From assembly GCA_964569295.1 (NCBI GenBank), contig CAZMVU010000003.1:11005-75004 (forward strand): DNA of 64,000 bases, given 5' to 3'. Made by a program: the position numbers and the translations under genes. This DNA comes from an uncultured Nitrospirales bacterium. GTDB lineage: Bacteria; Hydrogenedentota; Hydrogenedentia; Hydrogenedentales; JAGMZX01. Positions 7,994-17,070 of this stretch are shown piece by piece. The stretch's first letter is position 1, and every line of letters begins with the position of its first letter. The notes under the pieces are model-generated. The model searched no databases. It was not told the DNA's origin and was given only the letters and a program-made list of their open reading frames with translations.

Positions 7994-9358
7994 ATGCAGG
8001 ACATCACGATAGATGTTTCACGCGCTACGTCGAAACATATCGCGGACGCCCACGGGGTCACGCCGGAAGACCTGGCTGCTATTGCGCGGCGGGTGAATGA
8101 ATGTGCGGCCATCCTCAAACAGGAGCGTGAAGAAGGCAAGTACGGCTTCTACGACCTGTACAAGAGCAAAGATGTCTTTGCCCAAGTGAAGCGGACAGCC
8201 GATCGATTCAGTCAGTTCGGTTACGAGAACCTGGTCATCCTGGGCATCGGCGGCTCGGCCCTGGGCATTACCGCGCTCCATACCGCGCTCAATCCACCCT
8301 ACTACAACCTGCTCGATACGGAGGCCCGGGGCGGCTGGCCGCGGCTGTTCGTGATGGACAACATCGATCCCGATACCTTCGCCGGGATGCTGGCCCTATG
8401 TCCGCCTGAGAAGACACTCTACAATGTCATCTCGAAATCCGGCGGCACCGCGGAGACCATGATACAGCTTCTGATTGCCATGGCACCGATCGAGCGCGCG
8501 GTGGGCAAGGACAAGGTGAAGGACCACCTGGTAGTAACCACCAGCCCCGATGTCGAAGGCGCGCCCAAGAGCTTGCTGCATCCCGTGGCCCGTGAGTATG
8601 GCTGCACCACCTTGGATATCCCGCTCAATGTGGGCGGCCGGTTCTCCGTGTTCTCGCCGGTGGGGCTCTTTCCGGCGGCTATGCTCGGCATGGACATCGA
8701 CGCCATGGCCGAGGGGTGCGCCGCCATGGATGCCCGTTGCCAGAACGAGCAGATCGAGGAGAATCCCGCCTACCTGCGCGCCGCCGTGCAGTACCTTATG
8801 GACACGGAAAAGGCGAAACCCATGTCCGTCATGATGCCGTACAGTGATGGCCTGCGCGACGTGGCGGACTGGTACCGCCAGCTCTGGGCGGAGAGCCTCG
8901 GCAAGAAATACAATCTTGATGGCAAGGTGGTCTACAACGGCCAGACGCCGGTGAAGGCGCTGGGCGCCACGGACCAGCACTCCCAGGTGCAGCTCTACCG
9001 CGAAGGACCGAACGACAAACTCTTCAATATCATCGAGGTGGCGCAGTTCGAGCACACGCTGCCTGTGCCAGAAACCCTGACCGTCGTCGAGCAGCTTGGC
9101 TACCTGCGCGGCCAGACCATGAACAAGCTTATGGACGCAGAGCTTAACGGCACCATCGACGCGCTCAAGGTGAGCGGACGGCCGGTAATTCGGGTGCGTT
9201 TGCCGCGGGTGAATGCGCACACCGTGGCGCAGTTGCTCTACATGCTCGAGGTCGAGACGGCCATGGCCGGCCGGCTCTACAACGTAAATACCTTTGATCA
9301 GCCGGGCGTGGAAGAGGGCAAAAACATCGCCCGCAGCCTGATGGGGAGCGGCGATTGA
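7994..9358 (+). CDS. pgi: glucose-6-phosphate isomerase
   Basis: 454 aa with LVILGIGGSALG and ISKSGGTAET SIS motifs and the overall PGI pattern. AAGGAGA lies 8 nt upstream of the ATG. Confidence 0.9.
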   Translation: MQDITIDVSRATSKHIADAHGVTPEDLAAIARRVNECAAILKQEREEGKYGFYDLYKSKDVFAQVKRTADRFSQFGYENLVILGIGGSALGITALHTALNPPYYNLLDTEARGGWPRLFVMDNIDPDTFAGMLALCPPEKTLYNVISKSGGTAETMIQLLIAMAPIERAVGKDKVKDHLVVTTSPDVEGAPKSLLHPVAREYGCTTLDIPLNVGGRFSVFSPVGLFPAAMLGMDIDAMAEGCAAMDARCQNEQIEENPAYLRAAVQYLMDTEKAKPMSVMMPYSDGLRDVADWYRQLWAESLGKKYNLDGKVVYNGQTPVKALGATDQHSQVQLYREGPNDKLFNIIEVAQFEHTLPVPETLTVVEQLGYLRGQTMNKLMDAELNGTIDALKVSGRPVIRVRLPRVNAHTVAQLLYMLEVETAMAGRLYNVNTFDQPGVEEGKNIARSLMGSGD

Positions 9359-11007
9359 GCGAGCAGAACATACGCTTCGCCGAGTATGGGCAGACGGGCG
9401 ACAGCGTGAGCGCGCGCCGGGCGCGCCATGCTTTTCGATACTGTGTGCTGGCGGTGCTAATGTTTACCGTGGGTCTGTGGTTCGCCGACAATTACCTGCG
9501 CTACGCCAAGGCCGAGCGGCTCTACCGCATGGCGCTCACCAAAGAGCGAGATTCGGCGCGGGCACTCCTGCGCAACCTTGTGCCCCAAGGCGGGGAAATG
9601 CCCCAGGATTCCCGGTTGGCGCGCTATCTGGCGGCTCTGGCATTTATCGAAGACAGCACGGACGAACGCGAACACCTGGGCATGCGCCAGGAGTATGCGG
9701 TGGATCCGCTCGTGATCGAGCGCTATGAACAGGCCTACCAGGCGGACAAGCGTAGCGAGTTCATCCTCCTCAGTTACGGCTGCGCCCTCTTCCTCGATGC
9801 GCAGTATACGAAGGCCCGGGACCGGTTCCGCGATGCACGCACCATCACTGAGCAGCCCAATGCACTCGCTGCCTACCTCGAGGCGGCGGCCCGGGCCCAA
9901 GTGGGCGAGTTGGGCGAAGCCCTCAGCCTGATCACCCAGACCAATGCGAACGAGGACATGCGGGTGCGTATCCCCCGGCCCTTGTGGCACGCCGACCTGC
10001 CGCAGGAGGGGCGATGGTACGCCAAGATGCGGGCCGAAGTGACCGAGCGTTTTCTCGCGCCTTTGGTCACGCTCAAAGGTCTGGTGCTCGGGCATATCCG
10101 GGAGGCGCACCGCGCCGATCCCGAGGAGACCGGCGAGGCGGAAATGGCCGCTATAGATGCCAGCGCCTGGCTTGACGCCTTCGCCGGGCTGGGGCAACGC
10201 CTGGTGGGCGAGCCGTCCGTGGAACGTGCACATCCGGTGGGTTTCGTGCGCGCCCGGACCGGCATCAATTTCGAGTATGACGCGCTTCGGGAGCGGGAGA
10301 GGCGGCGCCCCGATGACCGGGCCGTTGCCGCGCGAATCGCAACGCTCAACCGCGCCAGCAAAGAGCTGGACGCCTTTCTGGCCGAGCGCAAGGCGCGTAT
10401 TGCCGCCCATGAGGCTATCGTGGCGCGTCCACTGCACCTGGCGGGCCGTGCATTGCTCGTGCTACTGATGGCTTATCTTGTGGCATACGTGTTGGCGAAG
10501 TATACCCATGCCGGACGTATTTCGTGGTCGCTGCCCCATCCGCGATGGGGACAGGCCATAGTGGTCGTGTTACTTGGCCTGATGCTGGCGCTGCTCTTCT
10601 ACTTCACACTGCTGCAACGGATCACCCTGGCGCCGTCCACATGGCTGGCGATCGGCACCTATGGCTGGTACGTGGTTCTCGCGGCGATGGGGGCGTTTGG
10701 ACTCGTTTACCCGGCCCTCTTCCTGCCGCTACCCGGACGTGTTGCGGGGGCGTACATGGGACAGGAGAGAGCGGAAGAAGCGGTGCACTACCAGGCGCGC
10801 CGCGCCTTCCGCACCGCCTATATCTCGATGCTGCGCCGGTATTTCGGCGTTATCCTCGGGGGGTATGTGATTATGGGCTGTGTGTGGGTGCTCGGTTTCC
10901 GTGTCTTTGTGGGGTTGTATCCCATCTTGCAGCGAAAGTTGCTCGTGACGGGCCTCCAAGGGGAGGAGTTCGAAATCGTGCGCCAAGTACAGCAAATGTT
11001 GCTTTGA
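9355..11007 (+). CDS. hypothetical polytopic membrane protein (N-terminal anchor, helical soluble region, C-terminal multi-TM block)
   Basis: 550-aa ORF whose TTG start overlaps the pgi stop (TTGA). Hydrophobic segments include CVLAVLMFTVGLWF, ALLVLLMAYLVAYVL, AIVVVLLGLMLALLFYF, WYVVLAAMGAFGLVYPALFL and VILGGYVIMGCVWVLGF. I recognise no family motif. An alternative GTG start is at 9406. Confidence 0.6.
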   Translation: MSEQNIRFAEYGQTGDSVSARRARHAFRYCVLAVLMFTVGLWFADNYLRYAKAERLYRMALTKERDSARALLRNLVPQGGEMPQDSRLARYLAALAFIEDSTDEREHLGMRQEYAVDPLVIERYEQAYQADKRSEFILLSYGCALFLDAQYTKARDRFRDARTITEQPNALAAYLEAAARAQVGELGEALSLITQTNANEDMRVRIPRPLWHADLPQEGRWYAKMRAEVTERFLAPLVTLKGLVLGHIREAHRADPEETGEAEMAAIDASAWLDAFAGLGQRLVGEPSVERAHPVGFVRARTGINFEYDALRERERRRPDDRAVAARIATLNRASKELDAFLAERKARIAAHEAIVARPLHLAGRALLVLLMAYLVAYVLAKYTHAGRISWSLPHPRWGQAIVVVLLGLMLALLFYFTLLQRITLAPSTWLAIGTYGWYVVLAAMGAFGLVYPALFLPLPGRVAGAYMGQERAEEAVHYQARRAFRTAYISMLRRYFGVILGGYVIMGCVWVLGFRVFVGLYPILQRKLLVTGLQGEEFEIVRQVQQMLL

Positions 11008-11052
11008 AGCCGTATCCGCCAACTGTGCCGGTACCGGCCACTGGGACGCGGG

Positions 11053-11655
11053 ATGCTGACGCAACCAGATGAAATAGCCGCGGTCATCAAGCGGTGCGTT
11101 GCGGGCGACGACGAAGCCCGGGCGGTGTTCATGCTCGAATTCGGGGGCGTAGTGCGGCGCGCTATCGTGCGTAAAATGGCCACGGTGACCGGCGAGCCGG
11201 CGCTGCGCCAGGAGGCGGATGACCTGTGCAACGATGTGATGGCCCGCTTGCTCGCCGACGACTGCCGCCTGCTGGGCACGGTCCGCGAGCCGGGGCGCAT
11301 CCACGCATGGCTGGTGACTGTGGCGCAGCGCTGCTGTCTCGACGCATTGCGCCGGCGCTCGAGCCGCGCACGGGCCGAGGAAGTCCTGCGCCACGAAGAG
11401 GCCCGGGCGGAACCCGAACGCAGCGCGGCGGAAATCCTCGCGAAAGAGGAGGCCGCCCAACGCGCCCGTGAACTCCTGACTGCCCTGTCCGACCAGGATC
11501 GCCTGGTGCTTGAATTGTATTTCTTTCACGAGTGTAAGTACATTGAAATTGCAGAAATAATGGGCCTCAATATCAATACCGTGGCCGCTCGTTTGCGGCG
11601 CGCCAAGGCCAAACTCAAGGATGTCATGGAGCGGGACGATGTCGTCAGCCGATGA
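11053..11655 (+). CDS. RNA polymerase ECF-type sigma-70 family sigma factor
   Basis: 200 aa. It has a region-2-like segment ...IHAWLVTVAQRCCLDALRRR and the region-4 HTH LYFFHECKYIEIAEIMGLNINTVAARLRRAKAKLK. Confidence 0.85.
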   Translation: MLTQPDEIAAVIKRCVAGDDEARAVFMLEFGGVVRRAIVRKMATVTGEPALRQEADDLCNDVMARLLADDCRLLGTVREPGRIHAWLVTVAQRCCLDALRRRSSRARAEEVLRHEEARAEPERSAAEILAKEEAAQRARELLTALSDQDRLVLELYFFHECKYIEIAEIMGLNINTVAARLRRAKAKLKDVMERDDVVSR

Positions 11656-12193
11656 ATACCGGGCCGCCCCCGAATGCCCCGAGGAACCGGCGCTCACGGA
11701 TTTCGCCCTCGGACGCGCGGCGGAAGCAGTCTGCCAGTGCATTGAAGCGCATGTAGCCACATGTACCGACTGTGCCAAACGTGTGGCGGCATTGCGCAGC
11801 GAAGCGGATGGTCTGCGCGCGCTTTTTGCCCGGGCTGCGGAGGGGCACGGCGCGGACCAGATCGATGACCAGGCGCTCGCTGCTTACCTCGACGGCACGG
11901 AAGACGCCGAGGCGCGTGCGGCCATGGAACGGCGCCTGGCAGGCAACAGCGCGGCCCTTGCCGCACTGGTGCGCCTTTACCGCGATACCAGGGAGGCTTG
12001 GCGCGGGGATACGAACCCGCCCGAGGTGGAAGCGCGGCCGGCAGGCGAACAGATAGCATTGGAAGAAACGCAAGCGGCCCGGAAAAGAAATCGGCACGCC
12101 AATGAATCAAATGCGGGTCCGGCGAAGTCGAAAGACCAGAATGGCGAAGACCCCGAAAAGAGAAAAGGGCGCTTTGTGTCGGGACAGAGTTGA
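11639..12193 (+). CDS. putative zf-HC2 anti-sigma factor (no obvious transmembrane segment)
   Basis: It overlaps the sigma gene end. GGAG lies 7 nt before ATG 11639. The H-x3-C-x2-C motif is present in IEAHVATCTDCAKRV. A second, degenerate AYLDG...RRLAGNSAA repeat follows, then a charged low-complexity tail. Confidence 0.6.
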   Translation: MSSADEYRAAPECPEEPALTDFALGRAAEAVCQCIEAHVATCTDCAKRVAALRSEADGLRALFARAAEGHGADQIDDQALAAYLDGTEDAEARAAMERRLAGNSAALAALVRLYRDTREAWRGDTNPPEVEARPAGEQIALEETQAARKRNRHANESNAGPAKSKDQNGEDPEKRKGRFVSGQS

Positions 12194-12219
12194 CAAAGCC
12201 CTGCCGAATAAGGTACATT
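12190..12219 (+). promoter_or_regulatory. candidate sigma-70 promoter (TTGACA - 18 nt - TACATT) upstream of the HTH-REC gene
   Basis: TTGACA at 12190-12195 and TACATT at 12214-12219, at the start of the only AT-rich stretch of this spacer. Confidence 0.4.
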
Positions 12220-12327
12220 TCTTTATATAAAACTGAAACTGTGAATTGTAGGTGAGCTTGTTTTTAGAGTTTGCGCTACGGAAATCGCACCACTCGCAAC
12301 TTAGAATGTAACGGAGGTCACACCACG

Positions 12328-12912
12328 GTGAGCGATCGCGAACAAAAGGCCTTTACCACCTTCGAAGCCGCAAAGATTTGCCACGTTACCCACCACAGCA
12401 TCAAGAACTGGATCAAGCAGGGCTTGATCAAGGCGTCACGCACGCCGGGCGGGCATTACCGGATTCTCGAGGAGGATCTGGATCGCTTCCGGGAGAAGTA
12501 TGATATGTTCCCGCGCGACAAGGGCCCTTCGAAGCGGCGCATTATGATAGTGGATGACGATCCGGACGCCTTGGCGCTCATGGAAAAAATCCTCAGCGAT
12601 GAGGGGTATGAGCTTATCAAGGTCTCGAATGCGACGGAGGTGGGCTTGAAGGCAGCACAGCTCGCCCCGGATTTGATTCTGCTGGACTTTCTTATGCCGG
12701 AGATCAACGGCTTCGAGGTGTCGAAGGCACTACGAGAAAACGAACTGACCCGGAACATCCCGATCATGGCGGTGACTTGCTTGAGTAAAGAGCGCGATAT
12801 CGAGCGCATTTTTGCTTGTGGCGCTGATGAATACCTGCCGAAGCCGTTCAAGGTGGATAAACTGCTGGAGAAGGTAAACGACTTGGCGGGCCGCGGGCGG
12901 GTGGTAGAATAG
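12328..12912 (+). CDS. response regulator: excisionase/MerR-type HTH (HTH_17-like) + receiver domain
   Basis: FTTFEAAKICHVTHHSIKNWIKQGLIKASRTPGGHYRILEEDLDRF is followed by the REC domain RIMIVDDDPD...DLILLDFLMPEINGFEV...PIMAVT...YLPKPF. The start was set to GTG 12328 (GGAGG 9 nt upstream) rather than the ORF-track TTG at 12271. Confidence 0.8.
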   Translation: MSDREQKAFTTFEAAKICHVTHHSIKNWIKQGLIKASRTPGGHYRILEEDLDRFREKYDMFPRDKGPSKRRIMIVDDDPDALALMEKILSDEGYELIKVSNATEVGLKAAQLAPDLILLDFLMPEINGFEVSKALRENELTRNIPIMAVTCLSKERDIERIFACGADEYLPKPFKVDKLLEKVNDLAGRGRVVE

Positions 12913-12930
12913 AACCACCTGCCGAGGCGG

Positions 12931-12959
12931 GCAGCACCCGCAGGCTGGATGGGTGCTGC
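12931..12959 (+). terminator. GC-rich stem-loop (9-bp perfect stem GCAGCACCC/GGGTGCTGC, 11-nt loop) between the regulator and kinase genes
   Basis: Read directly from the sequence, 19 nt after the regulator stop. There is no U-tract, so terminator, attenuator or RNA-stability roles are all possible. Confidence 0.35.
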
Positions 12960-13136
12960 ATGAGTCCGGAAAGCCGGTGTGGCAAGTGGCCTTCGAATGA
13001 AGGGTGAGCCGGTTTTCTTAGCAGGACATGAGACGGGCTGTAAGTGTCGTTTGTACAGCGCGCCGCATGTTCTTGAGCAGTTCGCAGCACGGCGCAGCAG
13101 GCCGGTATCGGTGGCTGGCAACCCCCCGGGGATCTC

Positions 13137-16100
13137 ATGCCCAAACGATTCGCTCGGCGCAGTATTGAACGCCGCATTCTCACCTCCATCCTGTGGGTGG
13201 GGGTGATTCCCATGGCCATTGCGCTGGTTCTGGGCTACTTCGTGGCGCACGAGGGCCAGCGCCTGGCGGTGCAGCAGAAGCTTGAGACAGCCGCCAGCAA
13301 GACGGCGCAAGGGGTGCAGCTTGCGGTAAAGGGCCGGGGCCGGGGGCCGAAACGTCTTGCCCAGGATTCCCATATCGTCGAGGCCCTGACACGATTGCGA
13401 GCGAGCGAGCCCATTGACGAGACGGCGCTGGTGCAGCTTCTCGAGGAAGAGGCCGAGCGGTCGGGGGACCTCGAGTCCGAGTATGGTCTATACAACCACG
13501 AGGGACGCTTTGTTGTCGGCACGACCGCCTTCCGCGTGATGGACCGCTACCACCCGGAGTGGGTCACCAATATCAAAGAAACCACCTTTGACTCGTTTAA
13601 GAGCGCGCCGAGCGGTGAAGGCTATACCGCGCGGGTGGTGAGTCCGGTACGCCACCCGGAGACCGGCGAGATTGTGGGTTTTGTTTCCGACGATCAGCAG
13701 GTCTATGACTTGCTGGTTTTCGTTTTGAAACAGGGGGCGCTGAACAGCCGCGACGATGGGGTCACGGATGTGTACGAGGTGGTGTATATCACGGACCTCA
13801 TCGCGGTCACGGTCTATCCGGAAAGCCTGGCAGACTTTGATGAGGAGGGCGGCTACCCGGAGTTGCACATCGAACCGAGTGTGGATCCGAAGCTGGCGCA
13901 GCGCCTGCGCGGGGCGGGCCCCCATGGGGCCGCATCGTTTTCCATCTGGAATTACGAGTCCCGCGGCCAGCAGATTGACGCGCTTATGGCGTATCACCGG
14001 CTGCTGCCAGAGGAGAGCCTGTTCATTGTCGTATACCGGCCGCGCTCGATTGTGTTCGCCAACATCAATCTGGCGGCCATTCTCAGCTTTGCGGTGAGTG
14101 TGCTGGTCATTGCCACCTTCTGCATTATCGCGTATCGCAATGTGCACAACAACATCATTCGCGCGGTCTCCCTCTTGAACGAAGGCGCGCAGATCATCCG
14201 CCAGGGCGACTACGAACTCAAGCTGAAGATCGGTACGGGCGACGAGATCGAGCAGTTGGCGTCTTCGTTCAACGAGATGGCCTCCGCGCTTCACCACAAC
14301 ATCACGCAACTGGAGGAGTCGGAAGAAAAATACCGCAGTCTCGTCACCGCGATGCGCGACGGCATCTGCCAGACCGACGGCGATGGGCAAGTCGTGTTCA
14401 TGAATCCGGCCGGCCTCGATATTCTCGGCTTCGATTCCCTCGATCAGATTGCCGGGAAACGGCTGCATGACGCGTTCGAGAGCGATGACGACTATGACCG
14501 CATAAGCGAGGATATCGAGAGCCAGGGCTTTGTGGACCGGAACCGCGTGTGGATGCGGCGTGCGGACGGCAGGCGGATTTGCGTCGAGATAACGGCAAAT
14601 CGGGTGGATGATGACGAAGGCAACTATGTAGGGGTGGAGGGCACCTTTCGCGATGTAACCCAGAGTGTGCGGCTCGAGCAGGAAGCCCGGGAGCGCTCGG
14701 AGCGCATCGGCGCGATCAACCAGATAGCCAATGTCATCAACAGCAGCCTCGAGGCCGGGCGGGTCTACGAGAGCATGGTGCGTGAACTGCGCAAGCTTAT
14801 CGATTTTGATTATGCCGCAGTGACGTTGCGCATTGATGATGGCGACGGCTATGAAACACGCCGGCTGTGGCCGGATACGCCGGGCATGGGGGACGAGGTG
14901 CGGTATGTGGCCACGGAATCCTGCGCGGCCTGGGTAGCACGCGAACACCGTATGCTGGTCGTGAACGACACCGCAGCGCAACACCCCGGTACGCCGGTTA
15001 CGTTCGAGCCGGGCATGGGCAGTTGCGTGAGTGTCCCCCTCTATGCGAACGAGCGCATAATCGGGTCGCTGGATCTGGCGGCAACGGCCAAGGGCGCCTT
15101 CTCGCAGCATGAACTCGAGGTTGTCGAACAGATGGCGCCCCACGTGGCCATCGCCATTCGCAATGCCTCCCTCCTCAATAATTTGCAGCAGTCCTTGGAT
15201 GAAGTGAACCGGGCGCGCGAGGAATTGCACCGGGTCAACGAGGAACTGAAAACCCTGGACGAGATGAAGACGAACCTGCTCTCGAACGTGTCGCACGAGT
15301 TGCGCACCCCGCTGGTGGCGGTCATGGGCTATACGGACATGATCATTAATGAAAAGGCGGGCCCTCTCAACGACATGCAGAAGGAGTATCTCAACATCAG
15401 TCTGCGCAACATCGAGAAATTGGTGACGTTGATCGAAAACCTGCTCGATTTCTCGCGCCTGCACCGGGGCCAGGAGGAGTTGCTCTTCGATACACTCGAC
15501 CTGGTGGACTGTGCGCGCACGTCGATTCAGATCGTGCAGCCCGTGGCGGACAGCCGGGAAATCGAGGTAACCCTGAATACGGACGCTGACCAGATTCTGG
15601 TCGAGGGCGATAAGGGCAAGCTGGGCCAGGTCTTCAACAACCTGCTGTCGAACGCGGTCAAGTTCAACAAACCCGGCGGCGCGGTCAACGTGCACCTGCG
15701 GTTAAGCAACGGGAATGTCGAGGTGTCGGTGCAGGACACCGGCATCGGTATTCCCGAGGAAGCGCAGGACAAGGTCTTTACACGGTTCTATCAGTATGAC
15801 GGTTCATCGACCCGCAAGTACGGGGGAACCGGCATCGGGCTGGCGATTGCACAGGACATCATGCGCCTGCACGGCAGCCGGCTTATGGTCAATAGTATTC
15901 CCGACGAGGGAACCACCTTCTACTTCACACTGCCGCTGTGCCCGCAGGACAGGGTAGAAGAGCCGGCGCAGCCCCGGCCCGATGATCGGGAAAGTGACAG
16001 CGGCCTTCCCATGCCCACGGAAACGCATTTGCTTGTCGGCCTGATGACCCAGGACCGGTCTCTCAGCCACCAAGTGCGCAACATGTTGTTCTCCGAAGGG

Positions 16101-16778
16101 ATGGATGTGGTGCATGCCGCATACCCTGCCTACGCGGTGTCCATGGCCAACAAATATAACCCGGATTGCCTGGTCGTGGATACGCAGGCCGGCCCCTTGG
16201 GTACGGTTGTGCTCGATGAGATTATCGGGAATCCGTCAGTACCGAACATACCCATCATCCTGCTCACCAACGATGATGAATTGTACGAGAAGTACAAGGA
16301 TCGCGTGGCTGCGCGTGTCAGGCGCGGATTCCGCCGCAGCACGCTGCTTTCCGGTATACACTATGCGCTGAGCCAGGGCGTCGAACCGGGGGTGTCCCTG
16401 GGTAGAAAGATTCTCACCGTGGATGACGATCCGGAAATATGCACGTTCATCAACCGGGTGCTGACGCCAGAAGGCTTCGAGGTCGATGAATGCGCAAGCG
16501 GAGAGGAGGCGCTGAACCTGCTGAGCACGGGCGCGTATTGGCTGTGCCTGCTCGACATCGCCATGCCCGGGCTTGATGGGTGGAAAACCCTCGATAAGAT
16601 TCGCGCAAATCCCGATCTCGATGGCCTGAAAATCTACATGGTGACGGCGAAGCCCATCGAAAAGACCATCCAGGAGGTCAAGGAATGCGGTGCGGACGGC
16701 TATATCCTCAAGCCCTTCAAACCCGATGACCTCATTGCCATTGTCCAGGGATTCTCCGGCGGCCACACAAACCAGTAA
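13137..16778 (+). CDS. hybrid sensor histidine kinase (TM - periplasmic sensor - TM - HAMP - PAS - GAF - HisKA - HATPase_c - degenerate REC - REC)
   Basis: 1213 aa. Two TM segments (ILTSILWVGVIPMAIALVLGYFV, AAILSFAVSVLVIATFCIIAY), a HAMP-like region and a PAS (ICQTDGDGQVVFMNPAGLDILGF). The H-box is VSHELRTPL. The ATPase has N/G boxes (NLLSNAVKFN, DTGIGIP, GGTGIGLAIA). The C-terminal receiver reads KILTVDDDPE...LLDIAMPGLDG...YILKPF. Confidence 0.9.
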   Translation: MPKRFARRSIERRILTSILWVGVIPMAIALVLGYFVAHEGQRLAVQQKLETAASKTAQGVQLAVKGRGRGPKRLAQDSHIVEALTRLRASEPIDETALVQLLEEEAERSGDLESEYGLYNHEGRFVVGTTAFRVMDRYHPEWVTNIKETTFDSFKSAPSGEGYTARVVSPVRHPETGEIVGFVSDDQQVYDLLVFVLKQGALNSRDDGVTDVYEVVYITDLIAVTVYPESLADFDEEGGYPELHIEPSVDPKLAQRLRGAGPHGAASFSIWNYESRGQQIDALMAYHRLLPEESLFIVVYRPRSIVFANINLAAILSFAVSVLVIATFCIIAYRNVHNNIIRAVSLLNEGAQIIRQGDYELKLKIGTGDEIEQLASSFNEMASALHHNITQLEESEEKYRSLVTAMRDGICQTDGDGQVVFMNPAGLDILGFDSLDQIAGKRLHDAFESDDDYDRISEDIESQGFVDRNRVWMRRADGRRICVEITANRVDDDEGNYVGVEGTFRDVTQSVRLEQEARERSERIGAINQIANVINSSLEAGRVYESMVRELRKLIDFDYAAVTLRIDDGDGYETRRLWPDTPGMGDEVRYVATESCAAWVAREHRMLVVNDTAAQHPGTPVTFEPGMGSCVSVPLYANERIIGSLDLAATAKGAFSQHELEVVEQMAPHVAIAIRNASLLNNLQQSLDEVNRAREELHRVNEELKTLDEMKTNLLSNVSHELRTPLVAVMGYTDMIINEKAGPLNDMQKEYLNISLRNIEKLVTLIENLLDFSRLHRGQEELLFDTLDLVDCARTSIQIVQPVADSREIEVTLNTDADQILVEGDKGKLGQVFNNLLSNAVKFNKPGGAVNVHLRLSNGNVEVSVQDTGIGIPEEAQDKVFTRFYQYDGSSTRKYGGTGIGLAIAQDIMRLHGSRLMVNSIPDEGTTFYFTLPLCPQDRVEEPAQPRPDDRESDSGLPMPTETHLLVGLMTQDRSLSHQVRNMLFSEGMDVVHAAYPAYAVSMANKYNPDCLVVDTQAGPLGTVVLDEIIGNPSVPNIPIILLTNDDELYEKYKDRVAARVRRGFRRSTLLSGIHYALSQGVEPGVSLGRKILTVDDDPEICTFINRVLTPEGFEVDECASGEEALNLLSTGAYWLCLLDIAMPGLDGWKTLDKIRANPDLDGLKIYMVTAKPIEKTIQEVKECGADGYILKPFKPDDLIAIVQGFSGGHTNQ

Positions 16779-17070
16779 GCGGAGCCGCTGTGGTGTGCGT
16801 CCCGCGCGCACAAGCTTGGGGCAATGCCGGAAGCAACGCCCTCCGCTCAGTTTCCACTCCCCCCTCCAAAGCCAGCCGGGACAGAAGTCTTTCGCACGCT
16901 GTAGGAAGGGAAGGCGATTATCCCTCCGCAGTATCTTCGGGATGGGGTACGCCCGCGAGCCAGTACGCTGCGTAGGTGCTGGCGTTGGCCTTTGCGCATT
17001 GTGGTTAAATGTGCGATGATCGCGCTTTGAAGCGCGAGACAGAGGATTTGAACAGCAAAGGAGAACCAGC

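Noticed and set aside
13488-15695. 735-aa minus-strand ORF
   Set aside because: It lies entirely opposite the well-supported hybrid histidine kinase. Long antisense ORFs like this are expected in GC-rich DNA, and its composition is R/H/A/V-rich with no motifs.
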